From the NCBI RefSeq assembly GCF_964355755.1, contig NC_092673.1:5952001-6016000 (forward strand): a stretch of DNA of 64,000 nt. Direction: 5' to 3'. The notes beneath the pieces are model-generated. The model was not told where the DNA came from. It did not search any database and saw only the letters and a program-made list of their open reading frames with translations. The DNA is from Antedon mediterranea. Taxonomy: Eukaryota; Animalia; Echinodermata. The stretch's first letter is position 1. Every line of letters starts with the position of its first letter. The position numbers were made by a program, and so were the translations under genes. Positions 51,484 through 62,956 of this stretch are shown here, one piece after another.

Positions 51484-51723
51484 GGAGTTGGGATAGCCCG
51501 AGTGGTTAGGACACTTGACTGTTATACAGATAGACCCGGGTTCAATTCCCGACAACTCCCAGTCCACTCAGCTGTAAATGAGTACCTACGTTGAAAATAG
51601 TAGGGAGAAAAAAGGCTGCGTGGAAAGGAACTGGCCACCCTACCACATAATGCCGAGGCTTAGTACAATGAGCTCCTAACAGCTCATTCCCCTACGTTCA
51701 GAATGAACACGGGACTCACCTTC
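51484..51723 (+). mobile_element. Full-length tRNA-derived SINE with a 9-bp TSD
   Basis: A box TAGCCCGAGTGG, B box GGTTCAATTCC, body ccactcagctgtaaatgagtacct..ggaactggccaccctacc. Flanked by actgtatct at 51475-51483 and 51724-51732. Confidence 0.85.
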
Positions 51724-52850
51724 ACTGTATCTATATTTTGTACATATTTTGTGTGTTTACATTCATTGGTCTGTCCGTTTTTATGATAGCTTTTTATATT
51801 TTTATATAGGCCTAGCCATAACTGTCAACAAAAAGAATTCGGTAAACAATCACAAATAATATTTAAGTTTTAGTTTATTTAAGATATCAAAATATTCACA
51901 AAAAGTACAAATATATAGTATTTTTTACGTTCATTATCATCAATATCATGAATAAATACTACCAACATTAATTGAATTTGCATTGTTAGTCCAAGATCAA
52001 ATGTTATACCTTGCGATCGCTACAATAATGGGTTAAGAATGTTATTGCAAAGGCCTCCACATTGTAGAGAAGTAGGCCTACCAATAGCCTTATGTTTACG
52101 GAATGTAGAATTCCTTCTTTTGTGTTTTTAAATATGAGTCACAATAAGACACAAAAAAAAGATGACTTCAAACAATTAATTTGGAGTATTCCAAAATTAT
52201 AACAACCTGAATCTGTATTTAAGTTTCAAGAAAATCGATATATGGCCTGATGTGTAGGCTTAATTCAAGTAAAACTGTTTTAGTCTCAATGAATATAGGC
52301 AATGTCTTATATAAAAGTCAAAGATGCTCTTCAGGTGGAATGCCATCATGAGATGGAGTTGTAGTAATAATTATTACAGGTTTAATTTATACGTAATTTT
52401 ACTTTCTATGGACCAGAGAATCCGAAATTAAAAAATAAATAAATGTATGAATACCGTAGCCTACGCAATCATGTATACTATATCGTCATCAAAATATTGT
52501 CGATTTTTTTCTGTTGGCTGCTACACACAGGACGATAACGATCGACGACAAATACATCTTGCATAAAACAAAAGAAATTAGGAAAGTTTTTATTCCAGAA
52601 CAATAGAATAACCATATATGCTGTCTCTGAAAAACCACTATTGTTTAAAATCCTATCAAATGACGTCATAATCAATTAAAAAAATACAATCGTATCGTCA
52701 CGATATTTGCTCTTACTAATCATGAAGTAATTTGATTTGACGTGTGAAAATATTATTTTCATCAAAGGCAGCATAGATGGTAATTCTATAGTAGGCGAGG
52801 CAATTGTTGTCTCGGGTTCTAGGATGAAACATTTGTTTATTTTGTTTTAT

Positions 52851-52889
52851 CAGGGAGTTGTAATTATCTAACTAAATAACAACTCCCTG
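52851..52889. mobile_element. 39-bp hairpin with CAGGGAGTTGT termini (putative footprint)
   Basis: CAGGGAGTTGT..ACAACTCCCTG with imperfect 7-bp flanks (gttttat / gttctct); same termini as the 32602 hairpin. Confidence 0.55.
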
Positions 52890-53005
52890 GTTCTCTATAG
52901 GAAAAAAGAATATTATTTATCTATTTCGTCGATCCTTATAAAGTGGAAATGAGCCTTAAACTCGTCTATACTGGACTGTTGGCCTAAAGTATAGCTAACG
53001 CATAA

Positions 53006-53184
53006 AGCTTGGTTCCCACTAGAACGTAACGCAAGGACGTAAACGCAACGCAAACGTTTTAACCAATGACAATCGAAGTTATAGACAGTTAGCAATCACA
53101 AGCGAATAAGCCATCGCTTGTGATTGGTCAATTCACTTGCGTTGCGTTACGTCCTTGCGTTGCGTCGCTAGTGGGAACCACGCT
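53006..53184. mobile_element. PIF/Harbinger-type palindromic MITE with a TAA TSD
   Basis: taa|AGCTTGGTTCCCACTAG..ACGCAAGGACGTAA ... TTACGTCCTTGCGT..CTAGTGGGAACCACGCT|taa. Confidence 0.82.
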
Positions 53185-53582
53185 TAAGGAATGCAGTCAA
53201 GTACGGTTGTTGCCAAATTGGAACTTTGCTGGATGCGATTTGAAGAATTTTTTTCTACTTTTTTATATTATTGGTATCAAACGAAGTCTTTAATATCGGA
53301 GGTAAAGATATGCGACGCAGATTGCATAGTTGCAGATGAATGTCGTCCCTAAATAATAAATATTACAAATAATAAATGTACATAAATAATTATTGGCCAA
53401 TACACAAATATTACACAATGTGACGTTTAGGAAAGGAAACAAATATTTAGGAATGAAAACAAACTTAATGTAAAAAACCTAACAAGTCTAAAGTAAACAT
53501 TTACTTTTAACAAAAACAAAGTATTAGCGCAGTTCTCATATTAATACAACATATTCGGTATGGCTCGTATGTCCGCCGAAGT

Positions 53583-54900
53583 TCACCGAACGTCTGATCG
53601 GATGATAGCTGTTGGCACCGTATCTTCTTTGACGCACAGTCCCCAATTCCACTCAACGCACCGGAATTTTTCCTCAACATCAAAGCAGTTTTTCTGGAAG
53701 AACTGATATATTCCTAGAACCATTTGAGCTTTAGGACTGTTGATAAGACGAAGACACGAAAAAAATCTGTAGAACAAATTATTAAGGAGGTTAATATTTT
53801 AATAAAACAAAAACGGCATAATATCAATCACCACCTCATGTTAGCCTATGTAGGCCTATGGTACTAGGTCTGTATACATTTTAATTGAGTGTTAGGCCTA
53901 CATGATATAACGATCTTGCATGTCCAAAGATATCAAACATTTAATTACACGATGATGAAAATGTTGCATAGCTTCAATAAGGCATTTATTTGTTAAAACG
54001 CTATTATACTGTGTGACAGCAGGGCGATGTAAATAATTTTTATTTTACATCTCTCTGGTGAGAGTAGAAATATATTGCGCAATATCCTTATTACGTTACG
54101 TTACATTGGTCAGCTATTGCTGCACACCACATGTTTTAATATTCTATACTCTAATTACTAAAATACAATAATTTTACTTACTCCCTGTCACAGTCACAAT
54201 GACTAATTGTTTTGACATCTAAATTATAATATCCATAACCATAATCGAAACTGTGTATACTAATCTTGCAATAATCGTGGTCTCTACAACAGACGTCTTC
54301 ATCAGGGTATTCCCCTAAATCCTCATAGTGATCAGCCTTGTTGCTAATTCCACACCACTTGGTGCCTGGAACAATAAATAAATATGCAATCGGCGAGTAC
54401 CTGCTGAGAGAGTTTATTCCCGTGTTTTTCCTCGATATGAAATCCTCACAGTCGTTAACGATGTTCGAAAGATTACCAATCTCACCGTACGAAGATTGTG
54501 ACGAGAAAACATAATCCCTGACGTATTGATCATGGAAAACAAAACGAATTTTTCTCAACACTTCGGTTGCAAACGAAGCGTTGTATTCAATATGGCAGTG
54601 ACGTAGTCGCCTGTACGAATTATGAAGTGTTTTTACAAGAATGTTACCATCCGTTATAACGCGTGAAATATACGTAGGCGCACTGTCACCCGAGTAGTAC
54701 TCGACATTATGCGAGTCACTACTGACAACGGCGACAGCTACGAGTCCGTGGAAAGAAACCGACGAAAACGACCATGGAACAATAGTCGATTCTTGGATAT
54801 TAGGCCTTTTCGTTGAATTAAACGGCTTTAATATGCTACCGTTTATGCTTGAGATCTTCACACAAATTGTAATATATATCCATAGTAGACAAGTGTTCAT
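53583..54900 (-). CDS. Group III (bee-venom-type) secretory phospholipase A2, 300 aa, 2 exons
   Basis: Exons 54182-54900 and 53583-53766 (903 nt). Hydrophobic N-terminus, long pro-region, then IVPGTKWCG, DVCCRDHDYC (catalytic His-Asp), SHCDCD, FFSCL and KNCF. Confidence 0.92.
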
Positions 54901-56008
54901 AATAGCCTAATTCCGTCCACACCCGCTTACAGTGAATGTCCATTGACCGTAGGCGTAGAACCATACAAATAATGATATGAATATACGCCTATTCAAGTGC
55001 GGTTTGAAGAAAATAAAAATCAACACGGTTAATTCTATCAATGATTAAGCCACTTGTTGTGTGTATGTGTTCACTGAACTAAATATAATTACACTTTACA
55101 GTAATAAATCAACAATCATTTACCAATAGCTTGTACGAAGCTTGAGCTCTCGGAAGTAGAGGCTTCTATTCTCAAATATTTGACCTCCATTTTTAATATC
55201 GGAAATTTTCCGCCACAGAGAATAACAACTCCCTGATAAAGGTAATCCTCTTCAATGAAAATTCCGGCTTCCTTACCGTTCATGGTTCAATGATTACACA
55301 GACTACATTGAAATTATAATTTTCGAAAGCTCTGTCTTTACGGACGGAAATACACGGCTCGACACTACATTTGCATTGTCATCCTCTGGCGTACAGCTAA
55401 AATTCTAATTCCTCATGCTACTGGACAATATTGACCAACGATAGAAATACATATACACCTGTCGGGTTAGTCAAGCATGACATGTCCACAATATACAATG
55501 GCAAGGTTTTGAATCATGTATTTATAAATATACAGAGATTCAAAACGCCCTCAAAATTCTACTGTATCTTCATTCCTCCATGTATGTATTCCTCCTCAAT
55601 GTTATATGTGTAACGATAATTAACGCTGTCCTGCAATGTTTATGCTTATACAGTACGTCACATTGCACATGCACAAATATCATGGTGTTATGCATCCAAT
55701 TAAACCATTGTTCACATAAAGTGAAGACGCGTATTGTAATCAATAAACCCCAATCGCTGTTGTATTAGCAGGGAGTTGTTAATATCAATTTACAATGGTT
55801 TATTATTACAACTTTAGGTGGTAAATGGAATTAATATAAATGATAATTGAATACGGTAGGATTGAATAGTTTATCAATTATTAGGCATCCTTCCCTTGTT
55901 AATAAATGATTCATCTAATGCAAAACCTTTTATTGTTTTTTTTTTCACAACGGATGAGTGCTTCATACATACACACATTAGGCCTACCTGGAATTAGGTT
56001 AATATCTA

Positions 56009-57865
56009 GGGTATGTTCAGACCTACGGAGTTATGCTTTCGTATCACAGCCAAGGTCATATTTTAATGAGCGTCGTAAGAGCAAAGTGTTCAGATTCATT
56101 GCAACGAAGTTGCGTTACAAACGGATATGATGTCACTCGCTGGCGATTAACCAAACTCAAACACACGTATAGACCTACCTTCGTTGTTATTAAAAGTAGT
56201 AGTGGTTGGGGTAGGAGTTACAGGCCTAGACCGAACACTTGGGCTCGTCATTATCGATGGGTATTATCAGGCATACCAACCAGCCGATCGTTTTGGGGTT
56301 TGGGTTTATATTTGGTCTAGGCCTAAAATATCATTTATGGCAGAAAAATGTTCAAATCCCGTACTTGCACCGGCTCCAGACTTATTTACTCGGTCTTTCG
56401 CCGCTTTATACGACGACCCCTTCAATTTCGTTTGGATATAATTTAAATCCTTCTTTATTATGAGGATGGCCCATCTGCTAACGTGTCCGCCATCTCGTTG
56501 AACACAGACATCTTGTTGCCGGTGCTTTTACCCCAGTTTTTCACTTCCAACCGATCTCTAAACTCAGGGCTTCCCCACAATGAAATAAGGTATTTTACTT
56601 CGGTTTCTCGCCAATGCGCACGCTTCGATGACATTTTAAATTAATTAATATAATAATATTAATAATAATAATAATAATACTGTATACCTAGTGTAACAAC
56701 AAACAAAAGGTATGATTTTTTTCGCACGTTCACCGATCACAACAAATGGATCAGCTTGGCTATACGATGAGGAGCACATGTCACGATGTGATGTGGCGAA
56801 TATTGTAATTTGATTGGCTAGATATCTAACCTAGGTCATATTCATCGATGCGTGACTTTCGTATTGTAAGCGACGTCCACTAAACCAAAGAATATATATC
56901 ACAAGAATGAGTAATCCGCAATTTTCCCTGTAACAGTAATATTGTCCATGTGGTAGGGCGCCGCCATAAGTGTGGATGTATCTGGGATGTATACAACTTT
57001 TTGTGACGGTTTCACTAATCAAAGGCTGGACCACCGGTAGTATTTTCATGATAAAAAATGTTATCAACTACATGCCAACATCATGTTAAATACTTTTTGG
57101 ATATTTAATTGTTCGTTTTATGCAATTTATTTAGTAAAAACTGCCGTATTAAACAGTTTGCTTTATCAACCGGGCGCTACGATAGCATGACCGGGCGTGT
57201 TGGTGTTTATGCGTTTTCACGTAGGATAGTTTAATAATATTCCTATATTTAACCTGTTTCTGGTAAAACAAATAAATGTTAATGACATTTAACATTTTGT
57301 CCTATTAATAACATGTATTTTATACTAATTTATATCATAAAAACAATACTTAATTTACCGGGCGTAGAGTAGTACACGGCAATGGTAAAGAATAGGCCGT
57401 GCTGAGTAACGATTTGTTGATTTTTGGTGTTGCTGTGTTAGGCCTTTTTTGTGAACTAACTTAGCATGTTAGTAAATAATTGTTTGTAAAAGTGAATGTA
57501 CACTAGTTCGTTAATAAATATGTATTATAAAATAGTTTACAATTGCAAAACTATTATCATAATTCTATTTAATGTGACATGTATAATATCTATTAAATCA
57601 AGTCTTATTTAGTATGTATACATCCGCCCTTATGAGGGCGGGCATCACTCTCTGGAGTTTTCTGTTACAAATTTCTCATGCAAAAATCGCGGAATACTCA
57701 TTCTTGTGATATATATTCTTTGACTAAACTCATACCTTGAGCTTTCGTAGCGTACGAAATATCAGTGTCGTACGAGGTGGCTTCCACTAATCTTTTCCTG
57801 GTTCAGACCTAAAGACTTGTACGCCGCCTACAATACGAAAGCATAACTCCGTAGGTCTGAACAGG
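56009..57865 (-). mobile_element. Harbinger-like element copy A with a decayed Myb/SANT-like ORF, interrupted by a P-like MITE
   Basis: TIR core TGTTCAGACCTACGGAGTTATGCTTTCGTA at both ends. The ORF from 56634 (-) reads MSSKRAHWRETEVKYLISLWGSPEFRDRLE..NKMSVFNEMADTLA, then frameshifts. Confidence 0.78.
56886..57722. mobile_element. P-element-like non-autonomous transposon (34-bp TIR, 7-bp TSD)
   Basis: actaaac|CAAAGAATATATATCACAAGAATGAGTAATCCGC ... GCGGAATACTCATTCTTGTGATATATATTCTTTG|actaaac. The paralogous empty site in copy B (58135-58141) has a single actaaac. Confidence 0.85.
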
Positions 57866-59230
57866 GCCTGTTCAGACCTACGGAGTTATGCTTTCGTATT
57901 GTACGCGGCGTACAACTCCATAGGTCTGAACCAGGAAAAGATTAGTGGAAGCCACCTCGTACGACACTGATCTTTTGTTCGTTACGACAGCTTAAGGGCC
58001 TGTTCAGACCTACGGAGTTATGCTTTCGTATTGTACGCGGCGTACAAGTCCATAGGTCTGAACCAGGAAAAGATTAGTGGAAGCCACCTCGTACGACACT
58101 GATATTTCGTACGCTACGAAAGCTCAAGCTATGAGTTTAGTGGACGTCGCTTACAATACGAAAGTCACGCATCGATGAATATGACCTAGGTTAGATATCT
58201 AGCCAATCAAATTACAATATTCGCCACATCACATCGTGACATGTGCTCCTCACTCATCGTATAGCCAAGCTGATCCATTTGTTGTGATCGGTGTTGAACG
58301 TGCGTAAAAATCATACCTTTTGTTGTTACACTATACAGTATTATTATTAATATTATTATATTAATTAATTTAAAATGTCATCGAAGCGTGCGCATTGGCG
58401 AGAAACCGAAGTAAAATACCTTATTTCATTGTGGGGAAGCCCGAGTTCAGAGATCGGTTGGAAGTGAAAAACTGGCGTAAAAGCACCGACAACAAGATGT
58501 CTGTGTTCAACGAGATGGCGGACACGTTAGCAGATGGGCCATCCTCCTCATAAAGAAGGATTTAATATCCAAACGAAATTGAAGGGGTCGTCATATAAAG
58601 CGGCGAAAGACCGAGTAAATAAATCTAAAGCTGGTGCAAGTGCGGGATTTGAACATTTTTCTGCCATAAATGGTATTTTAGGTCATAGACCAAATATAAA
58701 CCCAAACCCCAAAACGATCGGCTGGTTGGTATGCCTGACAACCAATCGATAATGCCGAGCCTAAGTGTTCGGTCTAGGCCTGTAACTCCTAAACCAACCA
58801 CTACTACTTTTAATAACAACGAAGGTAGGTCTATGCGTGTGTTAGAGTTTGGTTAATCGCCAGCGAGTGACATCATATCCGTTTGTAACGCAACTTCGTT
58901 GCAATGAATCTGAACACTTTGCTCTTACGACGCTCATTAAAATATGACCTTGGCTGTGATACGAAAGCATAACTCTGTAGGTCTGAACATACCCTTAGGT
59001 ACAAGATTGGTGGACGCCGCTTATGATACGAAAGTCATGCATCAACGATTTTGACCTCTAACCAATCAAAATTACTCCTGCATACCACATGTTCGCCCAA
59101 ATCGGTGACACCTCAGTTTGAAACGAAAGCGTTAGTTAGGCAAATCTGAACATTTTTCTGTTACGACGCTAATTATAATATGACATTGCTTGTGATACGA
59201 AAGCATAACTCCATAGATCTGAACATACCC
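57864..59230 (+). mobile_element. Short Harbinger-like copy C (57864-57995 + 58995-59230), split by copy B
   Basis: Starts GGGCCTGTTCAGACC; sequence after 58994 continues the family consensus where it broke at 57995; ends TCTGAACATACCC|taa. Confidence 0.72.
57996..58994 (+). mobile_element. Harbinger-like element copy B (~1 kb) with a decayed Myb/SANT-like ORF
   Basis: taa|GGGCCTGTTCAGACCTACGGAGTTATGCTTTCGTA ... TACGAAAGCATAACTCTGTAGGTCTGAACATACCC|tta. The ORF starts at 58375, is frameshifted, and its C-terminal part reads KLKGSSYKAAKDRVNKS..FEHFSAINGILGHRP. Confidence 0.82.
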
Positions 59231-59364
59231 TAATACAGTAATCATTAATTGACACTAAATAAATATGTGCAGTGTGATATGAAACAGTAATCAATGCATT
59301 CAAATACTTGTCATATGAACCGTCGTATTTGATAATAGGCATATCATTTGTGTTTGACACAGCA

Positions 59365-59983
59365 TGGATGCCCGCCCTCACACGGACGGATGTATACAGA
59401 CTAAAGAAGACTTGATTTAAATAGACATTATACTGGTCAGATTAAATAGAATTATGATAATATATATTTTGCAATTATATAACATTTCAGAGAAAATATT
59501 TAATAACAAACTAATGCTAAATTAGTTCACAAAGAAAGTTTTAACAGCAATAACAAAAAATCAACCAATTACCCAGTGGTTTAGTTTTGCCATTGTCGCG
59601 TAGGCCTACTATGATATAAATTACTATAAAATACATGTTAAATTAAACTTTTTATTTTTGCTACTAGAAACAAGTTAAATATTGAAATACTATTAAAATA
59701 AACTATCCTTCACTGAAAACGCATCAACAACGCGCCCGGTAGTAGTTGGTTACTAAATAAATCGAACAATTAAATATCGAAAGAGCATTTAACATGATGT
59801 TATTAGCATGTAGTTGATAATATTTGTTTATCATGAAACCTTACCGGTTGTCCAGCCTTAAATTAGTGTGACCGTCACAAAAGTTATATACATCCTGGCG
59901 TGTGCGGCGTCCTACCACATGGAAAACATTACTGTTAAAGGGAAAACCGCGGATTGCTCATTCTTCTGGTATTATATTCTTTG
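59365..59983 (-). mobile_element. Second, diverged and truncated copy of the P-like element, inverted relative to 56886-57722
   Basis: gatgcccgccctca..ggatgtatac is the reverse complement of 57615-57647; the copy ends GCGGATTGCTCATTCTT..ATATTCTTTG. Confidence 0.75.
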
Positions 59984-60950
59984 GTAACACCAAAACAAAA
60001 AACAATTAACAACAACATAATATTATGTCTCCGCTGTTTATGAATATTGTTACAGTGTGTCCATGGAGGTGGTGTAGGCCTATTGTAAACTTTTTCATTT
60101 GCCGCTGCACACCTTTTTGTTGTCGAAGAATCCAGAATCAATTCCCATAAGCACTTGGTTGTACGCCGAGAGTGACGCAGTGATAATAAATTAAGGCAAA
60201 ACAAAGTACAAACATATTCTATGAGACAATATTGTAGCCTATTACTATTTATTGTAAAACTATACTTCACAAAAGTCATTTGGAAAATTAAAAGATTCAT
60301 ATACAAATAAAATGTAACAACTATTAATTGTCGGACTAATACCATTTAAAGCTCGGAATGTATAAGTGAATGTACTTTATTTAATTCCATTTTGATGGAA
60401 CTTTGTTACAAAAATGTTTCTAATTTAAAATACATTAAGACTTAACTAATTGTTGCAGCCACCACCTATTTTTTATATTAGATCATATTTCACGTGTTTG
60501 TCATAGAAACTATTATTAACACGGATTATCAATTGGTAGGACAGCAGTAACTTTACGCATATACATTTCGCATAGGAAGGAGGGGGAATATATAATTATT
60601 ATCATTACCTTAAAACAATGAATGGAATGTGATATTACACAACCATATATAGACTCAATATTATTCGTCCTCGCGCAAGTATTTTCGAGTTTTAAGTTTG
60701 TTTGGAAACAATTACAAATATAACTCGGTGATTGAATAATATTTCTGACACATTCTAAATACATCTCATATTCTTACAGTTTTATTAGTTAATTTGTCAT
60801 TTGTTATTTTCTTCCACTAAAACGATGAAAGGTATACGGTACTCATGCAGTTTGATTATGTTAAAAAATGAGATTTATTGAGCCAAGAGACAGGCCTATA
60901 ATTTGAACATTAAACATCCTTTCTTTCATATTAATAATGAAGAAATACAT

Positions 60951-62956
60951 CTATTTCAAATAAAAAAACTTCGTGAGAGTTGATGTAAAAGAAGGCATTT
61001 GTTTACCCATAATCCTAAAGTTTTCATCACAAGGATCACGGCGTGAAATCATATCATTCACTCGCGTGAGAACATCGAGTAGGTGTTCTTTTTCATAGAA
61101 GGGTTTCGCTTTTACAAACATGTAATGGAACATCCAGGCACCAACACCATCGTCACGATAGCCGCTATGACCTGAAAAAACCCCACCATATTAAATATAA
61201 CTATGTTTAAAAAAAATAATATAAATGTTTCGATTAAATACAGTAGTATCTCTCTGATATTGGATTATAAAGAAGATGTTATTGTACCTTTGCTTGTATC
61301 CTGTATAACTACCATATCAACATTTTTTGGTACAGTAACACAATAAGAATATTGTTGACCAGTATAGAAACTGACGTTACTGCCATCATCTGGCTTGCTT
61401 GGCAAACCTCTACAGGCCTGAAATATTAATACTTTTGGCTTGCCTGAAAGAAGAAGTTATTGCGAGTGAGATTTGAGTTCAAGAACTACCAGCGCTTTCT
61501 TGTTCATGTGGTTTTACCAACAACATTGTGCATGAGGGAGTACACTAATCGAAAGAATAGTCAAGTTTATTCTCTATAGTTATTGTTGGTATAGGCCTAC
61601 TTTATATACTGTACATGTCTTTACATAGACTTGTCCTAAGTCTGTTTCTTTTTTATGTTAGTCTAACAGTCGGTGTTTCAATTGTTGTCTGAATACTACA
61701 AATTGTGAGCTCATACGTATAAAACGCCATATTAGAGAGGTTTCGCAATCTTACGAATACGATAACGAAAACGGATACGTCACGCACACGTATTCGTTTT
61801 TGTTATCGTATTCGTAAGGTTGCGAAACCTCCCTATTTATCTTTTTACCTGTTTTGGTCAATTATAGACAAGGTCATGTGAACAGTTATATATATTTTCA
61901 CAATATTATGTTTACAGAAATCATAATACTAAAATATACATTTTTTAGCTATTATTGTTTCTTGTATAAAATTCTATCATACTAAAAATCAAGGATACTA
62001 CCTTAATTGTTAAATACTCACCAAGTAAGAAGTTTTCAAATTGTGAAACTATTTCATCAACTCGTACAAAGGTGTCTTCATTTACCAACTGAATATCCTC
62101 CTAAAATGAATATTACAATAGAAATAGATTTACCTAGATAAAAAATCTCAAATTAGAAATGTATGTATTGATGTAATTCAGTTTTACAGCTCACTATGTC
62201 GGTCGGTTAACACTAACTTGAGCACGCGACTGCAGCCTTGTTCCATAGTGTATCTATATTACGTAATGTACCGTACTGTATAAATGTTATGCATTGTAGG
62301 CATAGGGGATTACGGTTAATTTCAAAATTTGTAAAATAAAATAACCTTACAGAAACGAAAACTGGTTTATGCGTTACATCATCCAATACATCGTCTCCAG
62401 ATTCATCTTTTAAAGTAATTCCCTTTCCGTGACTGGATATTATCAAGAAAAAACTGGTGTAATTCTTTTCCTCTACCCTTTTTTAGCTTTCTTTATGATT
62501 TTCCACAATTCTTCACGTGTTTCTACATCTGATCGAAAATTAAGTTTGTAGTCTAATCCACCAAAAAAGTTGCAAATATTGTTTTTGTCGATATAATATT
62601 GATATTAATGAATTTCAGTTAAAAATTACAAATTATTTTATAGGCCAAATTAACTATAGGCCTAGTCTTAAAATAAACTAAAACGATATTTGGTTAAGTG
62701 AGCTTTTTTACTGCACCAAACAACACCTATGATCTCTAAACTTAGACCTACCTGCTCTAGGTTCACCAGTGTGGTCAGGCTTCTCGAAAAAGTTTGATAT
62801 GTACAGGACATATCCCCTACCACGAGGGAAGCACATGCGCTCCCGTGACATGTCAGGTTGATCTTCCTGAGAAGATAAGCCTGGTAAAGTTTGATGGCCA
62901 GACGAGGATGGATTTCTGTCGACGTCGCATGTTGGTTCAGGTTTGATCGCTTCCAT
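60951..62956 (-). pseudogene. Caspase (peptidase C14A) with a short prodomain; apparent splice-acceptor lesion and frameshift (pseudogene, null allele or assembly error)
   Basis: Exons 62752-62956 (..PRGRGYVLYISNF..EPRAG), ~62351-62599 (YYIDKNNICNFFGGLDY..FFLIISSHG), 62022-62100, 61288-61443 (GKPKVLIFQACRG) and 60951-61171 (GYRDDGVGAWMF..HLLDVLTRVN..KQMPSFTSTLTKFFYLK*). There is no AG at the start of exon 2, and one base is missing in an A6 run near 62479-62484, giving an in-frame TAG. Confidence 0.85.
61733..61835. mobile_element. ~100-bp fold-back element (TAG...CTA termini) in a caspase intron
   Basis: TAGAGAGGTTTCGCAATCTTACGAATACGATAAC ... GTTATCGTATTCGTAAGGTTGCGAAACCTCCCTA, with ~45-bp arms. 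Confidence 0.72.

Noticed and set aside
51484-51556. Functional tRNA gene
   Set aside because: The tRNA-like head runs into a SINE body and the whole unit is bounded by a TSD.
55906-56463. Overlapping plus-strand ORFs
   Set aside because: These are antisense readings of the Harbinger-like element's decayed ORF.
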